Source of the DNA: Phycisphaerae bacterium
Lineage (GTDB): Bacteria; Planctomycetota; Phycisphaerae; UBA1845
Reading direction: 5' to 3'
Assembly (NCBI GenBank): GCA_035356615.1
Contig: DAOQSN010000001.1
Location: 259,254 to 323,253 of the forward strand
DNA length: 64,000 nt
Shown here piece after piece: positions 42,818 to 50,733 of this stretch. The translations under genes and the position numbers were made by a program. Under the pieces are notes generated by a model. It searched no databases. It was given only the letters and a program-made list of their open reading frames with translations, and was not told the DNA's origin. Position 1 is the first letter of the stretch; each line of letters starts with the position of its first letter.

Positions 42818-43561
42818 ATGCCAGTGTCGCCGACGATCGAGCATTATGTGCGGTTGCTGCTTGCGGGGGACCGGGCCGGGTGTCGGAGCTTCGTTCGCGA
42901 GCAGGTGGGGAAGGCGAGTGATGTCACCGAGGTTTACACAGAGCTGCTCTGGCCGACCATGGAGCAGCTCGACCGGCTGTACCGGGCAGACCGGATCAAC
43001 GCCGCGGCCGAGCATATGGCTACCCGCATCAACCGCTGCATTGCAGACCAAGTGCAACTGGCCTTGCCACAGGGCGTCCCGAACGGGCGGCGACTGCTGA
43101 TCGCCTGTGCGGAGGGGGAACCGGAGGAACTGGGGGCCCAGATGTGCGCGGACCTGTTTGAGGTCCGCGGGTGGGAGGTGTATTTCCTGGGCGGAGGGGT
43201 TCCCAACGACGAAATCCTGAGTCTGGTCGGGCAATTGCGGCCGGACGTCCTGCTGATCTTCGGCACCCAGCCGGGGGGTGTGCCCGGCGTGCGTCGCCTG
43301 ATTGACCTGCTGCATGAGGTGGGGGCCAATCCGACCATGAACGTGCTGGTTTCCGGGGGTGTCTTCGCGCGGGCGGATGGGCTCTGGAAGGAGGTCAACG
43401 CCGACCTGTTTGCCCGTACGGCGAAGGAGGCGATTCCGCTGGCGGAGAAGGCCCTCCCGCGCGAGCCGGGGACGCGGTCGGCCGGACCGGTCAAGCGCCG
43501 CCGCCGCCGGCGTCGCCCGCCACTGCTGGCGGACGAGCCGGATGCCGCCCTGACTCACTGA
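42818..43561 (+). CDS. Cobalamin (B12)-binding-domain protein with helical cap and non-canonical ligand motif
   Basis: A four-helix cap-like N-half is followed by a Rossmann-like half (RLLIACAEGEPEELG...FLGGGVP...VLVSGGVF). The canonical D-x-H-x-x-G reads E-P-E-E-L-G. Confidence 0.75.
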   Translation: MPVSPTIEHYVRLLLAGDRAGCRSFVREQVGKASDVTEVYTELLWPTMEQLDRLYRADRINAAAEHMATRINRCIADQVQLALPQGVPNGRRLLIACAEGEPEELGAQMCADLFEVRGWEVYFLGGGVPNDEILSLVGQLRPDVLLIFGTQPGGVPGVRRLIDLLHEVGANPTMNVLVSGGVFARADGLWKEVNADLFARTAKEAIPLAEKALPREPGTRSAGPVKRRRRRRRPPLLADEPDAALTH

Positions 43562-43743
43562 GACTCAAGCCCCCGGTCTCACCGACCCGTCGCAGAACCC
43601 CGGGGTCGCAGCGCCGGTCTCGAAAGCCGGTGCGTCGGGCCGCCCGACGCCGGCCGCCGGGGGCCGACGCTACCTCTTCAACGGCACCGCCGGGCGCACG
43701 GGGGCGAAATGCGGCATTTTCCCGATAATTCCCGACAGAACGC

Positions 43744-43772
43744 TTGATTACCGGACGTGCCCCGCATAGATT
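43744..43772 (+). promoter_or_regulatory. Candidate sigma70 promoter TTGATT-N17-TAGATT for the HU gene
   Basis: Read directly. The -10 ends 55 nt before the ATG. Confidence 0.45.
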
Positions 43773-43827
43773 CGTCCGGAAATCTCCGGTAGGAGACGGC
43801 GCGGTTTTGAGGAAAGGAAACCGAAGA

Positions 43828-44160
43828 ATGGCTAAGAAAGCAGCAAGCAAGACGGCGGGAAAGCCTCGCCCCAAGAGCGAGGTGTATCGGGAGATTGCAC
43901 AGACGGTCGGCGTGGCGCGGAAAGACGTGGCCGGCGTGTTCGACGCGCTCAGCAGCCTGATCAAGAAGGACCTCTCCAAGCGCGGCCCCGGCATCTTCAC
44001 CATCCCGGGGCTGGTGAAGATCAAGGTGGTGAGCAAGCCGGCCACCAAGGCACGCCAGGGTGTCAACCCGTTCACCGGTGAGACGATGATGTTCAAGGCC
44101 AAGCCGGCGCGTCGGGTGGTCAAAGCGCAGGCATTGAAGGGCCTCAAGGCCATGGTCTGA
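43828..44160 (+). CDS. HU-family DNA-binding protein with short Lys/Ala-rich N-terminal extension
   Basis: GGAAAGGAAACCGAAG purine-rich SD upstream. The HU fold signature GIFTIPGLVKIKVV...RQGVNPFTGE..MFKAKP is present. The N-terminus is MAKKAASKTAGKPRPK. Confidence 0.9.
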   Translation: MAKKAASKTAGKPRPKSEVYREIAQTVGVARKDVAGVFDALSSLIKKDLSKRGPGIFTIPGLVKIKVVSKPATKARQGVNPFTGETMMFKAKPARRVVKAQALKGLKAMV

Positions 44161-44181
44161 CCCAGAAGCGGGAGCCGTTCC

Positions 44182-44198
44182 GCCGTCGCTTCGACGGC
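44182..44198 (+). terminator. Hairpin GCCGTCG-CTT-CGACGGC after the HU gene
   Basis: Read directly, 22 nt after the stop. Confidence 0.3.
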
Positions 44199-44351
44199 CA
44201 ACCCACGGGTGGAACGCGCCGCAACCATGCGGGCGACGTCGGGCCGTGCTGCGGTCCCACGTCGCCCTTCTTCATGGGCGGCGGACGCCTTCCGCGCCGC
44301 GCCATCGTGCCACAGCGTGACACCTCTTCGCCGCGCGCACGGGAGATCGCA

Positions 44352-45326
44352 TCAGCCGGCCGCGGCGAGCCGCTCCAGGACCGCCTGACGCAGCAGCGGC
44401 AGCAGGATCTCGTGCTGACCCACGACTTCGTGGCCATGCCCTGCCGCGACGGGGCGGGTCACCACGTTGGCATGCGGGCGGTAGTGGCGGATCATGTCGA
44501 AGTTGGCCGTCACCAGCGCGTCGAGGTCGGCGCCGAGATTGCGCGCGACCGAGACCGCCTTGAGAAACACCTCGGGGAGAATCACCGCCGAGCCGATGTT
44601 GAGCCACACGCCGCCGGCGCCGCCGGCGGTGGCCGCCCCGAGGTCACCGACCACGGCGCAGAGCAGTCGGAAGTCATGCATACTGGCCGCCCCCCACGCG
44701 GCACCATCGGCACCCGCCGACATGTGTACGGTGTCGGTCCCCAGCGCCACGTGCACGGTCGCGGGAATACCCACGTCAGCCGCGGTAGCAAGAATGCTCG
44801 CCTCGGCGTGCGGGACGCGTTGTGTCAACAGCAGTCTCCCCACGGCCGTGCCCAAACCGACCTGCACCTGCCGCGCCCATGACACGGCCTCGTCGAAGAA
44901 GTCCATCGTCTCGCGCACCATGCCGAAGGTACCGTCGCGGATGGTAGGGGCCACGTCCTCGCTGGTTTCGCCGAGGGTAGCGATTTCGACGTCGTGAATG
45001 GCCGTCGCACCGTTGCAGGCGACCGCACGCACGATGCCCCGCCGAATCAGGTCGACGATGACGGGCCCGCAGCCGACCTTGACGACGTGGGCCCCCAGGG
45101 CGGCCACGATGGGGCGATTCGCCCTCACCGCCTGCACCATCGCCGCCACCACGCTACGGAGGGCGGCCGCACCCAGGACATCCGGCAGCGAGTCGATCAG
45201 TTCGGCAGCCGAGGCGCCCGGCTCCGGCAAACGCGCTGCCTGGCGGAGGGCGGCCTTGTGCTGCCGCTGCCGGATGCTGTAGGTACGGATGCGCCGCGGA
45301 TCGATCGGCTCATAGGCATTGGTCAT
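44352..45326 (-). CDS. Deoxyhypusine-synthase-like family protein (tentative)
   Basis: About 324 aa from the ATG at 45326. LGAHVVKVGCGPVIVDLIRRGIVRAVACNGATAIHDVEIATLGETSEDV resembles bacterial DS-family proteins as I recall them. Not verified. Confidence 0.5.
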   Translation of the reverse strand: MTNAYEPIDPRRIRTYSIRQRQHKAALRQAARLPEPGASAAELIDSLPDVLGAAALRSVVAAMVQAVRANRPIVAALGAHVVKVGCGPVIVDLIRRGIVRAVACNGATAIHDVEIATLGETSEDVAPTIRDGTFGMVRETMDFFDEAVSWARQVQVGLGTAVGRLLLTQRVPHAEASILATAADVGIPATVHVALGTDTVHMSAGADGAAWGAASMHDFRLLCAVVGDLGAATAGGAGGVWLNIGSAVILPEVFLKAVSVARNLGADLDALVTANFDMIRHYRPHANVVTRPVAAGHGHEVVGQHEILLPLLRQAVLERLAAAG

Positions 45327-45347
45327 GGGCAACTCATCCCGTGCTGG

Positions 45348-46472
45348 TCACGCGTCTCGGTCAAGGGGGACGGGACCCCCGCCGAGAGGGGCATCCCGCC
45401 GCGCGCACGACTCGCGCAGCATCCGATCCAGAACGGTCCCGCCGTCGCCGAGGAAGTCGATGGCCACGCGGACGACGCCCGCGCGCGCGGCCGGTGTCTG
45501 CGGCAGACCGGCCAGCTTGACCGCGTCTTTCTCCGTCGTCAGCAGCAGGTCAAACGGTGGGAACCTGCCCGGCTTCAACAAGTCCAACAGGTCATGCGTG
45601 CGGTACTGATGATGGTCCGGCCACCATTGCCGCCCCACCACTGTGATCCCCAGCGTCCGCACGGTGGTCAGGAACGGGTCGGGGTTGCCGATGCCGGCGA
45701 ACACGACCGCACGCTGACCGGCCAGGTCGGGCAGGGGCGTGCCGTCGAGCTGCTCCACTCCCGTTACACGATGGCGACACTGGAGGTGGGTCGCCTGGGG
45801 AGCCAAGACGCGCACCCGCGCGTCGAGCTGCTCCAATTCGTGCCGGGCGACCTGGTCGGCACGGCTGATCACGATCACATCGGCCCGACGCAGGGCGGAA
45901 GGCGGCTCGCGGAGCAACCCCCGGGGCAGCAGGTACCCGAAGCCGAACGGACAGGTGGCGTCGATCAGGACGATGTCCAGGTCGCGGGCAAGGCGGCGAT
46001 GCTGGAAGCCGTCATCGAGGACGATGGTGTCGGCACCGTAGTTCTCGTGGGCGTCCAGGGCGGCCCGCACCCGGTCGGGGTCGGCCAGGCAAGTGACGGT
46101 CGGGCAGTGTCGCTGGATAAGGCGTTGCTCGTCGTTGGGTTCGTCGCCGGCGGCACCGTAGCCGCGGGAAACGACCACCGGGTTACATCCCAGGCGTTCG
46201 AGCCGCTGGACCAGGTCGATCACCAACGGCGTCTTGCCGGTACCGCCGGCCGTCAGGTTGCCGACGCTGAGCACGGGGATGGGCACGATCCGAGGCGCGC
46301 CGGGCCGGTCGTAATGGCGGTTGCGCGCACGCACGCCGAGGCCGTACAGACCGGCCGCTACGCGCAGGGCGGCGCGCAGCGGCAACGTCCAGGCGCCGGC
46401 CTGTCCGGACATGATCTTCCGATACCACAGGTGTGCGGCCATGATTGCGCTCGCATCTCGTGCGGACCGCAT
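45348..46472 (-). CDS. lpxK: Tetraacyldisaccharide 4'-kinase
   Basis: VGNLTAGGTGKTP P-loop followed by VVSRGYG. Alternative in-frame ATGs at 46442 and 46412 are equally possible starts. Confidence 0.88.
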   Translation of the reverse strand: MRSARDASAIMAAHLWYRKIMSGQAGAWTLPLRAALRVAAGLYGLGVRARNRHYDRPGAPRIVPIPVLSVGNLTAGGTGKTPLVIDLVQRLERLGCNPVVVSRGYGAAGDEPNDEQRLIQRHCPTVTCLADPDRVRAALDAHENYGADTIVLDDGFQHRRLARDLDIVLIDATCPFGFGYLLPRGLLREPPSALRRADVIVISRADQVARHELEQLDARVRVLAPQATHLQCRHRVTGVEQLDGTPLPDLAGQRAVVFAGIGNPDPFLTTVRTLGITVVGRQWWPDHHQYRTHDLLDLLKPGRFPPFDLLLTTEKDAVKLAGLPQTPAARAGVVRVAIDFLGDGGTVLDRMLRESCARRDAPLGGGPVPLDRDA

Positions 46473-46501
46473 GATAAGCCGCCGGCCGGCGTGAGGCGAG
46501 T

Positions 46502-46549
46502 GTCACAGCGCCCGTGGGTCACAGTGCCCGTGGGTCACAGTGCCCGAGC
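46502..46549 (+). repeat. Tandem 16-mer x3 (GTCACAGYGCCCGTGG)
   Basis: Three adjacent units read directly, the last one degenerate. They lie 30 nt upstream of the lpxK ATG on the opposite strand. Confidence 0.85.
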
Positions 46550-46568
46550 GCAAGCGGGGGGCACACAT

Positions 46569-46610
46569 GAATGGCGAATGGCGAAGAGCGAATCGCGAAT
46601 GAAGGAGGGC
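46569..46610 (+). repeat. 7-nt-phased repeat (copy D5-left): GAATGGC GAATGGC GAAGAGC GAATCGC GAATGAA GGAGGGC
   Basis: Read directly. It is the inverted partner of 48212-48253. Confidence 0.85.
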
Positions 46611-46699
46611 AACGCCATCCCGATCCGAGCCCGAGCAGAAGCACGGGGGCTCGGATGGGTGGGGCGGCAACGGGTATGGCGGAGGTTCGCTGGGCGGGC

Positions 46700-47941
46700 C
46701 TACGTGAACGCCACGGCCGCACAGGTCACGCCGCACTGGCGGGCGTCGTCCACGGCCTGGTGGTAGCCCAGCAGCGTGCCCAGGCAGCCCGGCAGGGCAT
46801 GGGCGAGCACGTACATGCATCCCGCGCTGCACACGCGGGTGGGGTTCTCATCGGCGGCGACGCGAGCGAGGAAGGTCTCCGGATCGTTGGCCTCGAGCGC
46901 CTCGATAGCGCGGTGGTCGCGGCGCCGTACCTCCTCCAGCAGGGCATCATCAATGTGGTGGGCGTCACCGAACTCCGGGCCAACGTGGCTGAAGTCGGCC
47001 CCGGCCACCAGCAGCGTATCCCGGTCATCGCCCGACATCAGGTCGCGGAGGGCCGCCGCGAACTGCTTCAGACGCACTGCCAGGGACTCGGCGCCAGCGA
47101 CACCCGCGTGCCCGTCGTCCGCGCCGGCATCGGGCGCGGGAAGGCAGGGATCAGGGCACAGCATCGGCACGATCTTGAACTTGCCGGCACCGAACACGTA
47201 CTGCAGCCACGCGACCTGCAACTCGATCGAGTGTTCACGAGCGTGGTCCAGCTCCGACTCCCGCAAGTTGCCGCAACGCGCCTCGAGTTGTTCCACAAAG
47301 GCGGCGTCCGTCTCGGTCGTGCCCAGCGGGGTCGAGAACGACTGCGCGGTGGCCACCACGAAGCTGCCGCGCCCGAAGTGGTTGGTGCCCAGGATGACGA
47401 TGCGCTCCGGAGCGGGACGGTCCCGCAGCGTGGCATAGGCGGCCGCGTAGCACGCGGAACCGCGCGGATAGTCCAGGTGCGGGGCGATGAGGCCGCGGAC
47501 CACACCCGGAAGACTGCGTACGGGAATGCCCGCGAGCAGGTCGCGGAACAGGCTACCGGAGTCATCCTCGATGCCCAGGGCGGCCGCGTGCGGCATCGGG
47601 CGCGTGGGACCGCGGCGGTACTCCGCCAGCAGGTCGCGGTAAAACGCCTCGAACGATGGTCCCTCCAGGAAGTGCGCCTGGTCGAGGTGCTCCAGCAGGG
47701 AGTCAAGCGCACCCGGCGCGAGCGCCTGCCCGGACGCCAGCTCGAAGGTCCTGCAAATCTGGGCGCACGTCCGGGTGCCGTCCATCAGGGCGATCACCAG
47801 GGCCGCCGGCTGCGAGACCGACAGGACGACCGGGGAAAGGCCGCTGCCGTCGCGCAGGCCGATATGCGCCTCGTCGTCGCCGTCGACCGGAAAGGCCTCC
47901 AGCGGCCGCAATTGCGGCTTCCAGCTCGGATCAGAGATCAT
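46700..47941 (-). CDS. MEMO1/AmmeMemoRadiSam-system-protein-B family protein with about 120-aa N-terminal PqqD/RRE-like extension
   Basis: ATG at 47941 lies 7 nt after GGGGGAGAG. The MEMO core has IAPHLDYPRG, ILGTNHFG, ADFSHVG and CSAGCM. The N-terminus VVLSVSQPAALVIALMDGTRTCAQICRTF...LDSLLEHLDQAHFLE resembles PqqD-type peptide-binding domains. Confidence 0.8.
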   Translation of the reverse strand: MISDPSWKPQLRPLEAFPVDGDDEAHIGLRDGSGLSPVVLSVSQPAALVIALMDGTRTCAQICRTFELASGQALAPGALDSLLEHLDQAHFLEGPSFEAFYRDLLAEYRRGPTRPMPHAAALGIEDDSGSLFRDLLAGIPVRSLPGVVRGLIAPHLDYPRGSACYAAAYATLRDRPAPERIVILGTNHFGRGSFVVATAQSFSTPLGTTETDAAFVEQLEARCGNLRESELDHAREHSIELQVAWLQYVFGAGKFKIVPMLCPDPCLPAPDAGADDGHAGVAGAESLAVRLKQFAAALRDLMSGDDRDTLLVAGADFSHVGPEFGDAHHIDDALLEEVRRRDHRAIEALEANDPETFLARVAADENPTRVCSAGCMYVLAHALPGCLGTLLGYHQAVDDARQCGVTCAAVAFT

Positions 47942-48211
47942 CCGCAAACTCTCCCCCGGCGTGCCGAAGCCGCACCCTAGTGATGGTCGTCAACCGATCG
48001 CCCTCCGGCCCGCTTCGCCGGCCCATTATAGCGCCGCGGTTGGCGGACCGCCAGTTCGGTGATTCGGCGACGCACCCGCAACTGTGGGTTTGCTCTCTAC
48101 TATGTGCGGCTCGCCCACTCGCCTCCGCTCGCGCTCGGACGGGGCGTGGCACGGGCGTCCCGCCCGTGGTTGGCGACGCACTCGTCTCCGCTCGGGCTCG
48201 GTCCCCCGCAG

Positions 48212-48253
48212 CCCCCCCTTCATTCGCTATTCGCTCTTCGCCATTCGCCATTC
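48212..48253 (-). repeat. 7-nt-phased repeat (copy D5-right), inverted copy of 46569-46610
   Basis: The minus strand reads GAATGGC GAATGGC GAAGAGC GAATAGC GAATGAA GGGGGGG, one mismatch over the first 35 nt. It starts 9 nt after the rnhA stop. Confidence 0.85.
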
Positions 48254-48261
48254 AGTGCAGC

Positions 48262-48732
48262 TCAGCCGCGCCGCAGCTTCTTGATGGCGGCGACGGCCAG
48301 GCGGTCGCACTCCTCGTTCTCGGGGTGTCCGGCGTGCCCGCGAACGTGCTCGAAGGTGACTTCATGCCGTTGACAGAGTTCATGCAGAGTCTGCCACAGG
48401 TCCACGCTCTTCACGGGCGCCGAAGTAGGCTTGGGGCCGCGCCGCCAGTTGTGACGCAGCCAGCCGTGAATCCAGTCGGACATGCCGCGGACAAGGTACT
48501 CGCTGTCACTGACGACGTGGACCCGCCGACGTGGGGTCGGCTTCACCGCGCGCAGGCCCTCGATGGCGGCCAGCAGTTCCATGCGGTTGTTGGTCGTGTC
48601 GGGTTCGCCACCGGAGAGGCGTTTCTCGCGGCCGGTGCGGGGATGACGCAAGATGGCCGCCCAGCCGCCCGGGCCGGGGTTGCCCTGGCAGGCACCATCG
48701 GTGTAGATGATGACGTCGGGCGGCGTGCTCAC
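48262..48732 (-). CDS. rnhA: Ribonuclease HI
   Basis: IIYTDGACQGNPGPGGWAAIL, TTNNRMEL, VVSDSEYL and GHAGHPENEECD are present. The GTG start at 48732 (or 48741) was chosen because the longer ORF N-terminus is repeat A4. Confidence 0.9.
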   Translation of the reverse strand: MSTPPDVIIYTDGACQGNPGPGGWAAILRHPRTGREKRLSGGEPDTTNNRMELLAAIEGLRAVKPTPRRRVHVVSDSEYLVRGMSDWIHGWLRHNWRRGPKPTSAPVKSVDLWQTLHELCQRHEVTFEHVRGHAGHPENEECDRLAVAAIKKLRRG

Positions 48733-48777
48733 GACGGCCACATAGCCCCATCTCTCGAGAAAACCCAGGAGCCGCGC

Positions 48778-48877
48778 GGGGGGGCATGGCCAAGCACAGC
48801 GCCGCCATGCGCGCCCCGACGAGGCTAGGTCTTCGCCACCCATGCCGGCGCCTTCGGCTTGGGCATGCCACCCCCCC
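48778..48877 (+). repeat. Repeat family A, copy A4
   Basis: Reads GGGGGCATGGCCAAGCACAGCGCCGCCATGC ... CATGCCGGCGCCTTCGGCTTGGGCATGCCACCCCC. Confidence 0.85.
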
Positions 48878-48901
48878 GGTGTCCCGTTGGCGCTGTCCTA
48901 T

Positions 48902-49561
48902 TCAGCTCGTGGTCATGGTCGGGGCAGCAGTGAAGCGCAGGTACCGCGCCCGGGCCGGTGGGACGTTCGGCAGCACCGTGCGTTCGGCGAACTGGTACTT
49001 GCGAATCTGCCGGTTCAGGTACTCGGATACGTAGCGGATGCGCCGGCGCTCCTCGCCCAGCGCCAAGGTGCGCACGACGCGCCGCAGGCCAACGTACTCG
49101 AAGTAGCTGAACACGCCACCGGGCTTCAGGCAGTGTCGGATGACCGTCAACACGTCGTGCACCGCGCGCAGGGGAAAAGCCGTCAGCGGCAGGCCACTGA
49201 CGACGAAGTCGTAGTGGCCCACGGCGGCAATGTCCTGCACGGGCATGCAGAGGAGACGCACGCGCCCCTGGGCCACCGCCGGCGCCAGCGGCGCGCCGCC
49301 CAGCACTTCGCGTTCGAGCAAGCCGGCAAACACCGGGTCGATCTCGCAGACGTCCAACTCATCCGTCGGCTTCAGCAGCGTGCCGAGGTGACGCGTGATC
49401 GCCCCCGTGCCGGCGCCGACCTCAAGCACGCGGGCCGGGTGCCGGCAGCGGGCATACGGCTCACACAGCGCGGCCGCCAGCGCCGACGAGCTCGGCGCGA
49501 CCGCGCCCACCATCTGCGGCTTGTCCAGGTAACGTCTCAGGAATCGCCAGTGCGTCAACAA
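48902..49561 (-). CDS. Class I SAM-dependent methyltransferase (phospholipid N-methyltransferase/COG3963-like)
   Basis: N-terminus FLRRYLDKPQMVGAVAPSS followed by motif I VLEVGAGTGAIT. Confidence 0.75.
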   Translation of the reverse strand: MLTHWRFLRRYLDKPQMVGAVAPSSSALAAALCEPYARCRHPARVLEVGAGTGAITRHLGTLLKPTDELDVCEIDPVFAGLLEREVLGGAPLAPAVAQGRVRLLCMPVQDIAAVGHYDFVVSGLPLTAFPLRAVHDVLTVIRHCLKPGGVFSYFEYVGLRRVVRTLALGEERRRIRYVSEYLNRQIRKYQFAERTVLPNVPPARARYLRFTAAPTMTTS

Positions 49562-49590
49562 GCTGCGCCGACCTCGCGTCCGTCCACCCG

Positions 49591-49642
49591 CCTCCAGGGG
49601 ACTGAAGTCCCTTCGCCATCACCACCCGCCCTTCCAGCGAAG
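49591..49642. repeat. Solitary REP-like hairpin pair (GGGAC-TGAA-GTCCC and CCCTTC-CAGC-GAAGGG)
   Basis: CCTCCAGGGGACTGAAGTCCCTTCGCC resembles the RAYT-flanking REP unit. Confidence 0.5.
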
Positions 49643-49674
49643 GGAATATACCCTTGCACCGCGGTTTCCGCCAG

Positions 49675-50733
49675 CTACGTCCAGCGGAACCAGCGTAGCG
49701 CGAGGCAGAAGCACACGCCTCCCAGCGCCAGCAGGTACAGCAGCGGCACCGTCTGCGAGGTGACCGATCCCCCTTCCAGGATGACCGCGCGCAGGGCGTT
49801 GAGCAGTTGCGTGAGTGGCAGTGCCTGTACCAACGGCTGCAAAACGTCCGGAAAATGGCTGGTACTGAAGAACAATCCGGACAGCAGCCACATCGGCATC
49901 ATGACGACGTTGAGCAACCCGGCCACCGTCTCCAGCCGCTCCGCTCGGCAGGCCACCAACAGCCCCACCCCCGCGAAGCAGACCGCCCCGCAGAACGCCA
50001 CGACGAAGATGCTCACCCACCCGCCCCGGATCGGAAAGCCAAACAGCAGCACCCCCGCCAGCAGGATCACCACGATCTCCGGCACCACGAAGGCCATCCG
50101 CCCGCCGACCATCGACAGCAGGAAGTGGCCGCGCGGCATCGGCGTGGCCACCAGCCGTTTCAGCAGCTTGCGCACCCGCAGATCCACCGTAACGTACCCG
50201 ATACCCCACATCCCGCCGCCCATCAGGTTCATGCCCAGCAGACCGGGGATGAGGAAGTCGATGTAGCGTGAGCCGGGCTCGGTAACCGGCGCGTCCCGCA
50301 CGGCCAGCGGGTCAGCGCGTCCGGCCGAGCGTTGCAGGGCATCGTCCACGCGCACCCGGGCATAGGCGCTGGCGGGCTGCGTGGGATCATAGTGGTACGC
50401 CGGGGGCGCCTCGCTCGTCGCCGGGCTGACCACGATGGCACACTTGCCCAAACGCAGGCGTTCACGACAAACCTCCGCTTCGTTGATGAGCACGTCGAAC
50501 GCCCCATCCGCGCTCCCGGCGGCAAGCGCGCCGCGCACCGCCTCTGCCCCCGGGCCGGCCTCGATATCCACGATGATCCGTTCCGGCGGACGGTTGCGAA
50601 ACGCAATGCCCAACAGCACCGTCAGCAGGATGGGGAAGCCGTAGGTCCAGAAGACGGCCTCCGGTTCGCGGTAGAAGCTGCGCAGGCGAAAGCGCAGCAG
50701 CTCAGGCAGTGGTCGGTACTTCCTGCTGGTCAT
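49675..50733 (-). CDS. ABC-2 type transporter permease
   Basis: 352-aa ORF with a large first extracytoplasmic loop followed by 5 TM segments. It overlaps the upstream ATPase gene by 32 nt. Confidence 0.8.
   Translation of the reverse strand: MTSRKYRPLPELLRFRLRSFYREPEAVFWTYGFPILLTVLLGIAFRNRPPERIIVDIEAGPGAEAVRGALAAGSADGAFDVLINEAEVCRERLRLGKCAIVVSPATSEAPPAYHYDPTQPASAYARVRVDDALQRSAGRADPLAVRDAPVTEPGSRYIDFLIPGLLGMNLMGGGMWGIGYVTVDLRVRKLLKRLVATPMPRGHFLLSMVGGRMAFVVPEIVVILLAGVLLFGFPIRGGWVSIFVVAFCGAVCFAGVGLLVACRAERLETVAGLLNVVMMPMWLLSGLFFSTSHFPDVLQPLVQALPLTQLLNALRAVILEGGSVTSQTVPLLYLLALGGVCFCLALRWFRWT

Noticed and set aside
47948-48211. Small precursor-peptide gene next to the PqqD-like/MEMO fusion.
   Set aside because: The only ATG-initiated frames are Arg-rich (for example MKGGLRGTEPERRRV..) and lack an SD. 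Nothing resembles a RiPP precursor.
46571-48251. Two ORFs (46571-47980 plus strand, 47931-48251 minus strand) that both begin MANGEERIANEGG.
   Set aside because: The shared N-terminus is simply the translation of the inverted heptad repeat GAATGGCGAATGGCGAAGAGCGAAT. The remainder is antisense to the MEMO gene or is Arg-rich spacer.
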